Source: an uncultured Haloferula sp. | GTDB lineage: Bacteria > Verrucomicrobiota > Verrucomicrobiia > Verrucomicrobiales > Akkermansiaceae | Reading direction: 5' to 3' | NCBI GenBank assembly: GCA_965652295.1 | Contig: CBFGTS010000006.1 | Coordinates: 192,001-256,000 of the forward strand | DNA: 64,000 bases | In this document: in pieces, positions 55,681 through 64,000 of the stretch | Layout: the number at the start of each line of letters is the position of its first letter | How positions within the stretch are numbered: the stretch's first letter is position 1 | Position numbers and translations under genes: made by a program | Notes under the pieces: generated by a model | Told to the model about the DNA's origin: nothing | The model's input: the letters and a program-made list of their open reading frames with translations, nothing else | Databases searched by the model: none

Positions 55681-56589
55681 TCACGACCCTTCACGCTTCC
55701 CACTCCGCCCCCACTCGCCCGGGGACTTTCCGGTTTCCTCGCGGAAGGCTTTGGCGAAATGACTGAGGCTTTGGTAGCCGACTTCGAGCGCCACTTCGGT
55801 CACCGTCGCACCGTTCACGGAAAGCAGTTCGCACGCATGCGCGATGCGGATTCTCCGCAGGTGTTCGCGCAGCGTTTGTCCGGTGCGCTGCTTCACCATC
55901 CGGCTGAGGTGGGTGGGCGAGACCCCACACTCGCGCCCCAGGGACTGGAGATCCATCGGCTCCGCGAGCCGCGCCTCCAGCACGCCCAGGGCCCGCATCA
56001 CCGGATCGGTGCGGCTGCGGATGGCGTGGCAAAAGCCCGCACCGGCATCGGACCGGCCGGTCCGGAAAAGCCTCACCGCGGCCCACTCCAGCACCCGCGC
56101 CTCGACCCGCAATGCCTCCGAGGGGCCCTTGCCGGTCAAGCCGCGCAATCCATCGAGCAGCTCTTTTTCCGGACGACTCATCAACCCCGCGAACGCGATC
56201 TTCCCCCCGCCCCGCAACCATTCCGCGAAGCGCGGATGCACGTGCCGGCTGCTATCGCCGAGCCTGCGCGCGATCCATGCCCGGGAAATCACCACCACCT
56301 CCGCCTCGTGACTGCCGGGCAGTCGCGTCCAGCGCCACTTCTCCTCCGAATCCTCGCCGAAAATCGCATACATCCCCGGCCGCAGGAACATCCGGTCCTC
56401 CGCCCCCCAGATCACCCCCTCGCCGGAGCCATTCAGCCACAGCCAGATCTCCCCGGAAATCCTTGTCTGCCAAGTGCTACCCGCATGCACAGACCTCCCC
56501 GCCAGCCGCCAGCACGACAAGCCTCCGAGATCCATCCAGCGTTCCAGCTCCACGCGACGCTTCATTTCACAATCGGAGATGACGCGCAA
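55681..56589 (-). CDS. AraC family transcriptional regulator (PchR-like architecture)
   Basis: C-terminal HTH LGRECGVSPTHLSR..VTEVALEVGYQSLSHFAKAFREETGKSP; start uncertain. Confidence 0.92.
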   Translation of the reverse strand: MRVISDCEMKRRVELERWMDLGGLSCWRLAGRSVHAGSTWQTRISGEIWLWLNGSGEGVIWGAEDRMFLRPGMYAIFGEDSEEKWRWTRLPGSHEAEVVVISRAWIARRLGDSSRHVHPRFAEWLRGGGKIAFAGLMSRPEKELLDGLRGLTGKGPSEALRVEARVLEWAAVRLFRTGRSDAGAGFCHAIRSRTDPVMRALGVLEARLAEPMDLQSLGRECGVSPTHLSRMVKQRTGQTLREHLRRIRIAHACELLSVNGATVTEVALEVGYQSLSHFAKAFREETGKSPGEWGRSGKREGS

Positions 56590-56597
56590 AAGTTTTT

Positions 56598-56617
56598 ATT
56601 GCGACTCAGTCGCATTT
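56598..56617. promoter_or_regulatory. Perfect 7-1-7 palindrome, Fur-like box
   Basis: ATTGCGACT-C-AGTCGCATTT in the short divergent intergenic region. Confidence 0.65.
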
Positions 56618-56634
56618 AAGCTTGAGTCCTCGCC

Positions 56635-57021
56635 GTGACGCCAGCCGATCTTCACCGCCTGCTCGCCTCCGTAACGCCATCGACCTCCGAGGGGGCCGAT
56701 CAGTTGCTGGATCTGCGCGAGCTGCTTCTTTCCCGCGGCCACGCCGGCAAGTGCGTCCGCTGCTTCTTTGGGCTGCTGGGCGACCTCCGCCAACCGGGAG
56801 CCCTCGCTCCGCTCCGCCACTGGCTCGAGCATCATGTGGAGGTGGAAGTAACGGCGGACGGACGGGAGATCGACACACTGCCGGTGCGCCTCGACCGCGC
56901 GGCGGATCTCGTCAGCTTCTGCCACCAGGCCATCGACACGGTCCGCCACGACCGGTCTTTTGAAGATCGCAGCATCAAGCTGAGTTTCCGTTTCAAGAAC
57001 GCCGTCGCGACGACCTCCTGA
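56635..57021 (+). CDS. Hypothetical protein with HxxxCxxC motif
   Basis: 128 aa, GHAGKCVRCFF, FCH. Confidence 0.75.
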   Translation: MTPADLHRLLASVTPSTSEGADQLLDLRELLLSRGHAGKCVRCFFGLLGDLRQPGALAPLRHWLEHHVEVEVTADGREIDTLPVRLDRAADLVSFCHQAIDTVRHDRSFEDRSIKLSFRFKNAVATTS

Positions 57022-57042
57022 GAACAAAAGGCGGGTCCCTGT

Positions 57043-57057
57043 TGAGATAACATCTCA
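57043..57057. promoter_or_regulatory. 7-1-7 palindrome, Fur-like box
   Basis: TGAGATA-A-CATCTCA. Confidence 0.55.
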
Positions 57058-57135
57058 CTCAGCCTTTCCTTGAGTTGCTTTGGAAAGTGGGCCATGGTCC
57101 TCTCACTTGTTGAGATAGAGACCTGACAATTGACC

Positions 57136-57333
57136 ATGAAAACCACCACTCAAACCAAAGCCTGCGGCGATTGCATCCACTGGAATGCCGGCGCGGAAGA
57201 AGAAGGCGAATGCCGCCGCCACGCTCCGCAGATGATCGCCTTCGAAGTGGACGAGGAAGTCCACCTCGAGTCCCGCTTCCCGATGACCGCCGCCGATGAC
57301 TGGTGCGGCGACTTCGAGCCCGAGCAGAAGTAA
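57136..57333 (+). CDS. Small four-cysteine protein, HiPIP-like Cys spacing
   Basis: CGDCIHW..GECRR..FP..DDWCGDF; no signal peptide. Confidence 0.78.
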   Translation: MKTTTQTKACGDCIHWNAGAEEEGECRRHAPQMIAFEVDEEVHLESRFPMTAADDWCGDFEPEQK

Positions 57334-57355
57334 GCCGCTGCCGAAGCTTCTCCCC

Positions 57356-57390
57356 AAGCCCGCCTCCGATTCCGGAGGCGGGCTTTTTTT
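57356..57390 (+). terminator. Intrinsic terminator
   Basis: AAGCCCGCCTCCG-ATTC-CGGAGGCGGGCTTTTTTT. Confidence 0.9.
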
Positions 57391-57419
57391 GTCCCGCGCC
57401 CTCAGGAGACGGGGAAAAA

Positions 57420-57451
57420 GCAATCCACCGCCCGAAACGCGCAAGCCAGCG
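57420..57451 (+). promoter_or_regulatory. Two direct repeats at 21-bp spacing
   Basis: GCAATCCACCG (57420, identical to 34430) and GCAAGCCAGCG (57441, identical to 33708). Confidence 0.65.
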
Positions 57452-57490
57452 CGCGCGCGCCGTGACTCCCTGCGCCAGGTTCCGGGCCGC

Positions 57491-58153
57491 ATGGGGATCT
57501 TTCCACGACATTCCGGCCCACCGCCCTTGCCGCCGGTATTTCGCAGCGCGGTGACCATTGGGGAAATCCTGCCGCTGCTGCCGGACACCGCGCGGATCGT
57601 CCTGCGGGCGGCAGGCATCGCGCTTTCCAAGGTCACTTCGCTCACCGCCGGGCACCACGGCCTCCAACTCGACCCGGGAGCCGGCCTCGGCGTGCATTTC
57701 CTCCGCTGCCCGGTCGATGCCTCCCTGACGTGCGCGCTACGGGGGGCATCCCACCACACCCCGCTTTCCCTTCATTTTCCCGGCACCGCTTGGGAATCGC
57801 CCGCGACCCGCCAGCTTCTCAACCGCTGCAAGGCCATTCCGACCGCGGCACCGGGAATCTGGTCGACCGGTGCCGGTGCGTGGCTTGACGAAGGCCTGCG
57901 CGACGACCTCCGCATCCAGAGCGAGATGCTCTATCTCCTCTCCCTGCTCGACGAGTCCCGCACCGTGAACGTCCACGCCGTCGCCGCCGGCTGCTCGCTG
58001 GAAGCCAGCTTCCGGCCGACTTTCATCGACCTCGATGGCAGCCTGCTCCGCATCGCTGATCGCCACGGGCAACATGCCATCTACCTCCACCCCGAACGCA
58101 TCCGCGCCCGTCAGGACCGCCATCAACTGCATCTCCACTCGCTCCCCGCATGA
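57491..58153 (+). CDS. Hypothetical protein, possibly a degenerate HemS-like fold
   Basis: ATG 57491; ATGA overlap with the next gene; partial resemblance to its downstream neighbour. Confidence 0.6.
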   Translation: MGIFPRHSGPPPLPPVFRSAVTIGEILPLLPDTARIVLRAAGIALSKVTSLTAGHHGLQLDPGAGLGVHFLRCPVDASLTCALRGASHHTPLSLHFPGTAWESPATRQLLNRCKAIPTAAPGIWSTGAGAWLDEGLRDDLRIQSEMLYLLSLLDESRTVNVHAVAAGCSLEASFRPTFIDLDGSLLRIADRHGQHAIYLHPERIRARQDRHQLHLHSLPA

Positions 58154-58971
58154 CTCCTCCCCTGCTCGAACGACCCATCCGGCTCGATACAAAAGCCTCC
58201 GACCTCCTCCCGGCTCTCGCCTCCTTCGGACCCTTCTGCCTTCAGGCACGGACCCGTCACCTCCAGCTTTCCGTATGGGGCGATCCCGCGGAAACCCTCA
58301 TGACCACAGGCCCCCGGGCGTGGTTTCCCGCCCTCGGGCTTGAGATCAACCGCGACTTCATCGCCGCCGTCCATGCCAGTCCGCTGCCCACGCTTCCGGA
58401 TCACGCCGGCATCGTCGAACTCGACTCCGGCGACGGCCGCGGCCGCGTGGGCTTCGCGGTCGGGACCGAATCCACGTCCCGCGACCGGTTCCACCGCCTC
58501 ATCGGGGACTTCGGCCTGGAGGAAATCGAGAGCCGCCACCTCATCGAGTGGCGTCGGGGCCTCGACGCCGGATTCCAGATGTGCCCCTGCTGTCAGCAAG
58601 CGGCCCTCGAGCGCCGCGAACGCCCCGACCTCCATCCACTGACCGACATCCTCACCCATTGCGCCCAGCTCGACCTCGAGTTGCTCGTCGAGTTCGGCGA
58701 CGAAATGTTCTCGCTCTCCACCTTTTTCGTGCCAGGCGACCTCGACACGCGCGGAGCCATCACCGTCACCTCGGCGGATGAAAAAGGGATCCTGCGCATC
58801 GACCCCTTGCTCCTCCACGCCCTGTGGATCCTGCCGAAAGCCATCGATGGGGAACTTCGCACCGTGCTCCAGGCCTTCGACCCCCTGGGGCGGCGGATTT
58901 TCTCCCTGTCCTGCCCGGATGCCGACCAAATCCTCCCGTGGCAGGACTACGCCCGCGCCTTCTACGGCTGA
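58150..58971 (+). CDS. Divergent HemS/ChuS-like two-domain protein
   Basis: LLPALASFG..ARTRH, RFHRLIGDF, LTDILTHCAQLDLELLVEFGD, ALWILPKAIDGELRTVLQAFDPLGRRIFSL..PWQDY parallel the HemS repeats. Confidence 0.6.
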   Translation: MTPPLLERPIRLDTKASDLLPALASFGPFCLQARTRHLQLSVWGDPAETLMTTGPRAWFPALGLEINRDFIAAVHASPLPTLPDHAGIVELDSGDGRGRVGFAVGTESTSRDRFHRLIGDFGLEEIESRHLIEWRRGLDAGFQMCPCCQQAALERRERPDLHPLTDILTHCAQLDLELLVEFGDEMFSLSTFFVPGDLDTRGAITVTSADEKGILRIDPLLLHALWILPKAIDGELRTVLQAFDPLGRRIFSLSCPDADQILPWQDYARAFYG

Positions 58972-59059
58972 AGGCGTAGCTCATGTCACAGATCGGCACC
59001 TCGCCGCAGCCTCCCGGCTTGCCTTGACGGCCGGGCCGGAGTTTCCTCGTGGCGACGCT

Positions 59060-59212
59060 GGCGCCGGGATGCATGGAATCCGGTGAAAGTCCGGAACAGA
59101 CGCGCTGCGGTAACTGGTCACGAATTCCCACACAGAGCCAATCCTCGCCATAGCGGGGGTGAAGGCGGGAAGGAGGCTTGGAACCAGGAGTCCGAAAACT
59201 TCATCCCGCTGG
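59060..59212 (+). ncRNA. Cobalamin riboswitch
   Basis: GGAATCCGGTGAAAGTCCGGAACAG..GCTGCGGTAAC, GCCA..GAAGGC, GAGTCCGAAAAC; closing GGGATG/CATCCC helix; precedes DUF4465 and a TonB receptor. Confidence 0.88.
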
Positions 59213-59348
59213 CTGCCGTCCGATTCCGTGGAATCCGAGCCGCGGAAATCGTCACACTCCTTCGCGATCCAAGGAGTGACGGGACATGCCCACCAGGCCT
59301 TTCGCCCGGTGTGTTCTCGCTCGGTCCAACGAGAACCAATACATCCAA

Positions 59349-60119
59349 ATGAAACACCGTTTCCTGACGCTCGCCGCGTTCGTGGCGTCCCCGCTTGCCC
59401 ACGGCGCGACCGTGACCTTCGAAGACCTCAGCCCGGGCATCCCCTACGCTGGCGGAGGCAGCTATGAAAACGGGGCCAACCTCTCCGGCTCCTTCACCTC
59501 CGGCCCGCTCACGCTGTCGAACAGCTACAACGCCACCTGGGGTTCGTGGTCCGGCTGGAGCTACTCCACCACGACCGATGACACCACCGCGGGCTTCGAC
59601 AACCAATACAGCGCCTTTCCCGGTTCCGGAGCCGGTGGCAGCGCGACCTATGCCATCGCCTATGCCGATGCCGCCATCGAGATTCCCACAGGCTACAGCA
59701 TCGGCTCACTGGCGATCGCCAACACCACCTACGCCGCGCTCTCGATGCGCGATGGCGATGCGTTCTCCAAGCAGTTCGGCGGCCCGAGCGGCGACGATCC
59801 CGACCTGTTCCAGATCACCTTCACCGGCTACCTGGCGGGAAACCCCATCGGCAGCGTGACCGCCGACCTCGCCGACTTCACCTTCGCCGACAACAGCCAG
59901 GACTACATTCTCGGCGACTGGTTGCAGGTGGATCTGTCCTCGCTCTCCTCCGCCGACCTCGTCCGGTTTTCCTACTCCTCCACCGATGTCGGCGACTGGG
60001 GCATCAACACGCCCACCTACATCGCCGTCGACAGTATCGTCCTCACTGCCGTGCCCGAACCCTCCGCGCTGCTGCTCGCCGCCCTCGCACCGCTCGCCGT
60101 CCTGCGCCGCCGCCGCTGA
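59349..60119 (+). CDS. DUF4465 (BtuJ-like) PEP-CTERM protein
   Basis: WGSWSGWSYS, NQYSAF, NTTYAALSMRDGDAFSKQFGG, WLQVDLSSL, SSTDVGDWGINTPTYIAVD, VPEP..RRRR. Confidence 0.88.
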   Translation: MKHRFLTLAAFVASPLAHGATVTFEDLSPGIPYAGGGSYENGANLSGSFTSGPLTLSNSYNATWGSWSGWSYSTTTDDTTAGFDNQYSAFPGSGAGGSATYAIAYADAAIEIPTGYSIGSLAIANTTYAALSMRDGDAFSKQFGGPSGDDPDLFQITFTGYLAGNPIGSVTADLADFTFADNSQDYILGDWLQVDLSSLSSADLVRFSYSSTDVGDWGINTPTYIAVDSIVLTAVPEPSALLLAALAPLAVLRRRR

Positions 60120-60174
60120 ATCAGGAGAGCGGTTTTGCAAACCGCTTCCCCGTTCTCCTTTGCCGTTTGGTTCC

Positions 60175-62166
60175 GTGAAACACCGGCTCCTCCTCATCCT
60201 CGCCCTCGGCCCGTTCCTGCGGGCCGGGGCACAGGAACGTGAAGAAGACGGACGACTCGATCCATTGGTGGTCGAGGCGGACGAGCAGAACGAGGACACC
60301 GTTCTTCCGCTCCATTTCGCCGGCAACGCCACCGTGATCGGCCCGGAAGCCATCGCCCGATCCGGCGCGCGCTCCGTCGCCGATCTCCTCGTTTCCAAAG
60401 GCGGCCTCCGCCTCACCAGCGCCACCGGGAATGCCGCCGACTCGTCCGTTCACCTCCGCGGCTTCGGCGAGAACTCCGCTTCCCGCGCGCTGGTCCTCAT
60501 CGACGGCCGCCCGATCAACCGCGCGGACATGGCCTCCGTCTCCTGGCTCGAAGTCCCGCTCGCCCGCATCGAGCGCGTCGAGATTCTCCGCGGCAGCCAC
60601 AGCGCCCGCTTCGGCGACAACGCCGTGGGAGGCGTGATCAACCTCATCACCAAGTCGGGACCTACGACATCCACCGTAGTAGAAGCCGCCGGCGGCAGCG
60701 ACGGCACCCTGATCGCCCGCGCCTCCCATCAGGACACGCTCGACGGCCACGGCATCGGCTTTGATTTCGAAAAAAACCTCACCGACGGCTGGCGCGAAAA
60801 CGCCTTCAGCGATCTCGAAAGTGCCTCCGTCCGCTGGGACAAGTCGCTCGCCCGAGGTATTGAAGCCGATCTCTCCCTCTCCTGGGCCGACGAGCGCAAC
60901 GGCTTTCCCGGCCCGCTCGGCAAGGACCGCTACCTCGCCGATCCGCGGCAATCGATCTACGCCCGTTTCGGCCAGGCCGATCAGTATTTCAGCGAGGAAA
61001 CCCGCTGGCGCGCCGGGGGCTCGATCCTGCTCGGCGACCGCTCCGACCTCGCCTTCGAGCTACCCGTTTCCCTCTACCAGCGCGACCTCGCCTGGAACTT
61101 CGGGCCCGGTTTCCACAGCGACAACCTCCTCGAAACCCTCGCCCTTTCGCCCCGCCTCACGCTGCGCCGCGACACCTGGTCGGCCGAGGCCGGCATCCAG
61201 CTCCGGCGCGACTCGCTCGAGCTCTCCCAATTCGCCGAAATCCAGCGCATCAATCGCACCACCGATGCCTCTCTCGCCCGCGACATCTTCGGCGTCTTTG
61301 CCAGCGGCGAGTGGGAGCCGTTGGAAAACTGGCACCTCAACGCCGCCGCCCGCTGGGAGCGATCATCCATCGAGGCCCACTCCAGTAGTTACATCTTCCC
61401 CGCCGACCCCGCCCTCAACTTCGCCCGCACCAACGCTGAATCCAACACCGCCTTCCAGGCCGGAATCCGCTGGGAACCCACCGCCACCCTCTCCTCTTGG
61501 TTCCGCTACGACCACCTCTACCGGCTCCCCTCGACCGACGAGATCGCCTCCTATCAGGGCTTTCCGCTCGCCATCCCCTTCAACGACCGGCTCCACGCCG
61601 AAACCGGCCACAACCTCGAACTCGGCGGCGAGTGGACACCGGGTCCGTGGACCCTCGGACTCAACGCCTTCGCCCAATGGCTGGAGGGCGAGATCGCCTA
61701 CGACTACACCCAGAACCTCAACACCAACCTCGCCGACACCCGTCGCCTCGGCCTCGAAACCACCGTCGGTTATGAGACCGAAAGGTGGAGCGCCGACCTC
61801 CACTACACTGCGCTGAAGGCAGAGTTCGAAAGCGGCCCTTACACCGGTCGTGAAGTCTATCTCGTCCCCAACCACGAACTCACCGCCACCCTCGCCTGCC
61901 GGCCCACCGAATGCATCACCCTCCAAGCCGAGTACCAGTGGATCGGCAGCTCGTTCGAGGGAAACGACTTGCTCAACACCGCCGAAAAGCTCCCCGCCTA
62001 CGACGTCGTCAATCTTCTCGTCCGCTACGAACCGAAGCCCGGGCTCTCCCTTTACTGCCGCATCAACAACCTCCTCGACGAACGCTACGCCACCGTGAAA
62101 TACGGCGGCCTCTGGTATCCCGCCGCCAGCCGCCAGTTCCTCCTCGGCGTCCGCCAGGAGCTCTAA
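60175..62166 (+). CDS. btuB: TonB-dependent receptor, BtuB-like
   Basis: LRGFG, LVLIDGRP, IERVEILRG..FGDNAVGGVINLITK, NNLLDERY; downstream of the cobalamin riboswitch. Confidence 0.8.
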   Translation: MKHRLLLILALGPFLRAGAQEREEDGRLDPLVVEADEQNEDTVLPLHFAGNATVIGPEAIARSGARSVADLLVSKGGLRLTSATGNAADSSVHLRGFGENSASRALVLIDGRPINRADMASVSWLEVPLARIERVEILRGSHSARFGDNAVGGVINLITKSGPTTSTVVEAAGGSDGTLIARASHQDTLDGHGIGFDFEKNLTDGWRENAFSDLESASVRWDKSLARGIEADLSLSWADERNGFPGPLGKDRYLADPRQSIYARFGQADQYFSEETRWRAGGSILLGDRSDLAFELPVSLYQRDLAWNFGPGFHSDNLLETLALSPRLTLRRDTWSAEAGIQLRRDSLELSQFAEIQRINRTTDASLARDIFGVFASGEWEPLENWHLNAAARWERSSIEAHSSSYIFPADPALNFARTNAESNTAFQAGIRWEPTATLSSWFRYDHLYRLPSTDEIASYQGFPLAIPFNDRLHAETGHNLELGGEWTPGPWTLGLNAFAQWLEGEIAYDYTQNLNTNLADTRRLGLETTVGYETERWSADLHYTALKAEFESGPYTGREVYLVPNHELTATLACRPTECITLQAEYQWIGSSFEGNDLLNTAEKLPAYDVVNLLVRYEPKPGLSLYCRINNLLDERYATVKYGGLWYPAASRQFLLGVRQEL

Positions 62167-62207
62167 CCGTGGCGGCGGATTTCATCCGCCATGCCATCCA
62201 TCTCCTC

Positions 62208-63113
62208 ATGAAGCCACTTCCCTCCCTCTTCCTCCTCCCCACCCTCGCCCTCGCCGGCCCCTATCCCGGAGCCGCAGGCACCGCCGCCAGCGACGCGATC
62301 CCCAAAGCCGACCCCCGTATCCTCGCCTGGGCCGCCGGCCACAGCGAAATCGTCTATGGCACCGACGTCGACGCCACCTGGCGCACCCCCGCCAAAGCCA
62401 CCGGCCCTGCCGTCGGCGACTCCTTCGACATCGTTTCCCTCGGAAACGGCGGCCGCATCACGATGTATTTCCCCCACCCCGTCAGCGACGGCTCCGGCCC
62501 CGACTTCGCGGTTTTTGAAAACGGCATCAGCCACACCTTCCTCGAACTCGCCTTCGTCGAGGTCTCCAGCGACGGCGTCAACTTCCACCGCTTTCCCAAC
62601 GACTCACTTACTGCATCCGCTGTAGGTGCATTCGGTTCCGTGGATCCCACCAACCTCTCCGGCCTCGCCGGGAAATACATACAGGGCTTCGGCACGCCCT
62701 TCGATCTCGCGGCCGTTCCCGACTCGCCCACGCTCGACAAACAACGCGTCGTCTTCATCCGCCTCATCGACATCATCGGCAACGGTCAGACCAAGGACAG
62801 CGGCGGAGACCCCATCTACGACCCGACGCCGACCATCGGCAGCGGTGGCTTCGACCTCGACGCCATCGCCGTCCTTCACCTCAACGACGGCCCGTTCCCC
62901 ATCGTCACCCACGGCTTCGAAGACGAAGAGTTCGTCCTCGAATGGCGCAGCAACCCCGCCAGCAGCTACCGCATCGAAACCGGCATCACCCTCGACGATT
63001 GGCAGCCCGCCGACACCCCGGCCACCTCCACCACCACCGCCCTCACCCGCTGGACCACCTCTGCCCCAGGCGACTCGAAGCGCTTCTGGCGCGTCGTGCG
63101 GATCGATCCCTAA
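62208..63113 (+). CDS. Secreted cell-surface protein, BtuH-like, with C-terminal domain
   Basis: IVSLGNGGRIT..DGSGPDFAVFENG..FLELAFVEVSSDG, GTPFDL, GGFDLDAIAV; ends RFWRVVRIDP. Confidence 0.72.
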   Translation: MKPLPSLFLLPTLALAGPYPGAAGTAASDAIPKADPRILAWAAGHSEIVYGTDVDATWRTPAKATGPAVGDSFDIVSLGNGGRITMYFPHPVSDGSGPDFAVFENGISHTFLELAFVEVSSDGVNFHRFPNDSLTASAVGAFGSVDPTNLSGLAGKYIQGFGTPFDLAAVPDSPTLDKQRVVFIRLIDIIGNGQTKDSGGDPIYDPTPTIGSGGFDLDAIAVLHLNDGPFPIVTHGFEDEEFVLEWRSNPASSYRIETGITLDDWQPADTPATSTTTALTRWTTSAPGDSKRFWRVVRIDP

Positions 63114-64000
63114 GGCGACCTTCTCAAGCCCATCACCCACTCGGCCAGCGCCTCCGTTTCCCCGTCCGAGAACAACTCGTGCCCCGGCATGTCGGTACCT
63201 GGCAGGCCCCAACGGATCGCCCGCGCCACCGTGATCCGATCCGCCGTCCAAACAAAAGGCCCCTCCACCAGGTTCGTCGGGCGCTTCGCGAAGCGCGCCG
63301 CCAGCTCGCCATCGCCGCTGCCGCCCTCGCCATGGCACACCGCACAGTGTTTCGAAAAAAGCACTCGCCCGTCTCCACGCGGCTCGCCCTCAGGCACCCA
63401 GCTTGCCGCCCGCTCCGCGCGCCACAGCCTGGCCGCATCCTGGCCGCTCCTCAGCCAATCGATCAGGTCCTCGCCACGCCTGTCCTCGAACAAGTGCGCG
63501 TAGGAAGGCATCGCGCTGCTCTTCACGAATTTCCGTGGAGCCACGAAATGTTCCCGCAACCACGCGGCCGACCGGCGCGCTCCGACGTGCGCAAGATCCG
63601 GCCCCTGCCGCCGGTTGCCGATCACGACCGGCCTCTCATTTAACACCTCCTCCGTCACCGATGGCGGTCCCCAGCCGTCCGGATCACCCTCCCTCACGTA
63701 ACGCGAGTGGCACCCGATGCATCCCTCCGCCAGGTACACCGCCCGGCCCCGGTCCACCGCCGAACCCGATTTATCATCGCCCGGAGTCACGGCAAGCCAC
63801 CCCACCGCCAGTGCCACGCCGCCCACCGCCGCCAGCATCCGCCACTTCCGGAAACCAAAAACCGCCAACGCCACCACAAAGCCGGAAGCTACGACGAACA
63901 TCGTAGGGACCCGGTGAAGGCTCTGCGCCATACCGATGCCATTAGCCGAGCCGAACCAACCCGCCACCGCGAATACCCACGCCGCCCGCGTGGCGGCGGA
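63110..64000 (-). CDS. Membrane protein with a CcoO/FixO-like and a second cytochrome c domain; 5'-truncated by window edge
   Basis: EGCIGCHSRYVR, GNRRQGPDLAHVG, MPSYAHLF, CAVCHG, GTDMPG; frame open to base 64000. Confidence 0.85.
   Translation of the reverse strand, partial: SAATRAAWVFAVAGWFGSANGIGMAQSLHRVPTMFVVASGFVVALAVFGFRKWRMLAAVGGVALAVGWLAVTPGDDKSGSAVDRGRAVYLAEGCIGCHSRYVREGDPDGWGPPSVTEEVLNERPVVIGNRRQGPDLAHVGARRSAAWLREHFVAPRKFVKSSAMPSYAHLFEDRRGEDLIDWLRSGQDAARLWRAERAASWVPEGEPRGDGRVLFSKHCAVCHGEGGSGDGELAARFAKRPTNLVEGPFVWTADRITVARAIRWGLPGTDMPGHELFSDGETEALAEWVMGLRRSP

Noticed and set aside
1..64000. Prophage, integron, IS element or defence system
   Set aside because: No integrase, transposase, phage structural, reverse transcriptase or nuclease-defence genes were recognised; only a RhuM remnant.

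Overview
GC-rich bacterial chromosomal segment, very probably from Verrucomicrobiota (Luteolibacter/Haloferula-like). The evidence is five VPEP-type PEP-CTERM proteins, a TGTTC-N4-GAACA LexA box and a fused ccoNO. The left part is mostly housekeeping: DAHP synthase, a cbb3 oxidase operon, PIN-PhoH, a dispersed menaquinone cluster (menE, C, A, B, H) and a phosphorelay operon. The right part is rich in surface and metal/cofactor-acquisition genes. It holds a 2908-aa repeat protein and a putative heme-uptake operon (two paralogous PEP-CTERM proteins, DUF6607, TonB receptor). It also holds an MbnP-MbnH fusion/YHYH/YdjY/DUF6288/di-heme peroxidase cluster, a LexA-controlled imuA-imuB-dnaE2 cassette, an AraC/HemS-like locus with Fur-like boxes, and a cobalamin-riboswitch B12-capture operon. 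The main observations from reading the DNA are three recurrent non-coding motifs that outline putative regulons. (i) 21-bp-spaced GCAAnCnAnCG repeats link the heme-uptake genes at 33.7-38.5 kb to the HemS-like genes at 57.5 kb. (ii) A CCTGAACnGAAGATGAATC motif precedes three genes of the peroxidase/YHYH cluster. (iii) A 33-bp element is duplicated before the cbb3 operon and the gene upstream of it. Six secreted proteins also share a C-terminal domain that may be a sorting signal. No rRNA, tRNA, CRISPR array or intact mobile element was seen. All family calls are by eye, without database searches.
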